A DNA stretch of 25,458 nt from a virus (Duplodnaviria > Caudoviricetes): IMG/VR virus record IMGVR_UViG_3300037313_002006, positions 1 through 25,458 of that record. The stretch is one strand, 5' to 3'. The notes beneath the pieces are model-generated. The model was not told the origin of the DNA. It made no database searches and was given only the letters and a program-made list of their open reading frames with translations. The first letter of the stretch is position 1, and each line of letters starts with the position of its first letter. A program made the position numbers and the translations under genes. This document shows positions 24,336 to 25,458 of this stretch, one piece after another.

Positions 24336-25458
24336 ATGCAGAGCCGCCCCGAGATCCTCGGCGAGACCGAGACGCTGGCCATCGCCGCGTCCGGCCGCTC
24401 CCTCGCCCGCGTCGGCGAAGGCGAGCTGAAGCTGGCGATCTCGGGGCGGAACCTGAAGAGCCAGGTGTTCCACCCCCGGCTCGCCGCCGAGATCAAGGCG
24501 GTGCTGACGCAGCCCGGCCCGGCGCTGGCCTGCCTGCCGCGCAACCACAAGGGCATGCCCAACGAGCCCTTCTGGCGCGCGTTCGAGGCGCCAAAGTTCG
24601 CGAAGTACTACAGCCAGCCGCAGTACGGCTCGGCCTTCGTCAGCCGGCCCGACATGGTCAACGCCATCGACCGGCCCGACTACTGGGCCATGGTCCGCAG
24701 CCTGTGGCGCGACCGCGACGTGGTCCTGGCCAGCCACGGCCTGAAGGCGCTTCCCATGCCCGAAGCGGCGTCGGTGCGCCTGGTGAAATGCGCCCCTGTC
24801 GGGGCCTATCGGGACATCGACACCATCGCCGAGGAGATCGGCAAGCCCGCCGGGCCGGTCTTCCTGGCTCTGGGCGCCACCGCCACGGTCCTGGCGGCGC
24901 GCCTCGCCAGGCGCGGCGTCTGGGCGCTCGACGTGGGCCACCTGGGTCACTTCCTGCCGCACGAGGGGCAATACGCCGTGGATCGCGACGACCTGATCTC
25001 GCCCGGCTACGTCGAGCAGAACCGCCAGCTGCACGCCCGGCCCGAGGGCTACGGCGGCTCGGGCAAGAAGTCGGCCCAGACCGTCATGGACTTCGCGGCG
25101 GAGGTGAAGCCGGACTGGATCCTCGACTACGGCTGCGGCCAGGGGACGCTGAAGACGGCGATGGTCGCGGCCGGCTACCGCGGCTCGATCCACGAGTACG
25201 ACCCCGCCATCAAGGGCAAGGCCCTGCTGCCGAAGCCGGCCGACCTGGTGGTGTCCACCGATGTGCTGGAGCACATCGAGCCGGAGAAGCTCGGCGCCGT
25301 GGTCGACCACATCTTCGGCCTGGCCAAGAAGGCGGTGTTCCTGCTGATCGCGACCCGGGCGGCGAATAAAGTGCTGCCGGATAAGCGGAACGCACATTTG
25401 ATCGTAAAACCGGCGGAGTGGTGGGAAGAAGCTGTAAGCAATCGCGGCTTCACCGTAG
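24336..25458 (+). CDS. GT-D-fold (DUF1792-like) glycosyltransferase fused to class I SAM methyltransferase; 3'-truncated by window edge, not in ORF track
   Basis: Open from ATG 24336 to the end. N-domain: ETL....GRSLARVGEGE, YGSAFVSRP, LWRDRDVV, LALGATATVLAARL...ALDVGH. C-domain: ILDYGCGQG, YDPA, DLVVSTDVLEHIEP, RNAHLIV...WW. Confidence 0.82.
   Translation, partial: MQSRPEILGETETLAIAASGRSLARVGEGELKLAISGRNLKSQVFHPRLAAEIKAVLTQPGPALACLPRNHKGMPNEPFWRAFEAPKFAKYYSQPQYGSAFVSRPDMVNAIDRPDYWAMVRSLWRDRDVVLASHGLKALPMPEAASVRLVKCAPVGAYRDIDTIAEEIGKPAGPVFLALGATATVLAARLARRGVWALDVGHLGHFLPHEGQYAVDRDDLISPGYVEQNRQLHARPEGYGGSGKKSAQTVMDFAAEVKPDWILDYGCGQGTLKTAMVAAGYRGSIHEYDPAIKGKALLPKPADLVVSTDVLEHIEPEKLGAVVDHIFGLAKKAVFLLIATRAANKVLPDKRNAHLIVKPAEWWEEAVSNRGFTV

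Larger units (their letters stand above)
1..25458 (+). mobile_element. Temperate tailed phage/prophage segment (early-replication-late regulator-packaging-head modules)
   Basis: Co-oriented, ATGA/TGATG-coupled genes in lambdoid order: initiator, late regulator, terS, terL, portal, scaffold, capsid. No integrase or att site in the window, so prophage versus free phage cannot be decided. Confidence 0.93.

Noticed and set aside
1204-25397. Many long minus-strand ORFs (e.g. 1204-3282, 11579-13696, 18781-20373, 22454-23665, 24321-25397)
   Set aside because: Antisense shadows of GC-rich genes with strong codon bias; no motifs and fully overlapped by better-supported + strand genes.
25456-25458. 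Terminal TAG as the stop of the GT-D/methyltransferase gene
   Set aside because: Out of frame (reads ACC GTA G); the gene continues beyond the window.

Overview
GC-rich temperate tailed-phage (prophage) segment, almost all on the + strand. The host is most likely a Caulobacteraceae-type alphaproteobacterium, judged from host-like GcrA and DnaB. Region 1-14400 is a translationally coupled early/middle operon. It holds a VRR-NUC nuclease, a LexA-type DNA-binding domain, GcrA, a GP88-type Fe-S fusion, and a run of putative DNA-modification enzymes (DndC/PAPS-reductase-like, Mom/XF1762-like GNAT, N4-C/N6-A methyltransferase, minimal TGT/DpdA-like). These are followed by a PD-(D/E)xK nuclease, DnaB, a DUF1376-type initiator with an internal origin, a full-length mitochondrial-type BCS1 AAA+ ATPase and a late regulator. 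Region 14400-16750 is accessory/regulatory: AlpA-like and XRE-like HTH genes, a 32-aa membrane peptide and a structured non-coding stretch. Region 16754-25458 is the packaging/head module: TerS, TerL, portal, scaffold and major capsid, with two unrelated glycosyltransferase-type genes interleaved. One of these is a GT-D plus SAM-methyltransferase fusion that is missing from the ORF track. The best candidates for novel biology are a virion glycosylation/methylation module, the phage BCS1 and the multi-enzyme DNA-modification cluster. All family assignments come from motif recognition by eye; no searches were run.
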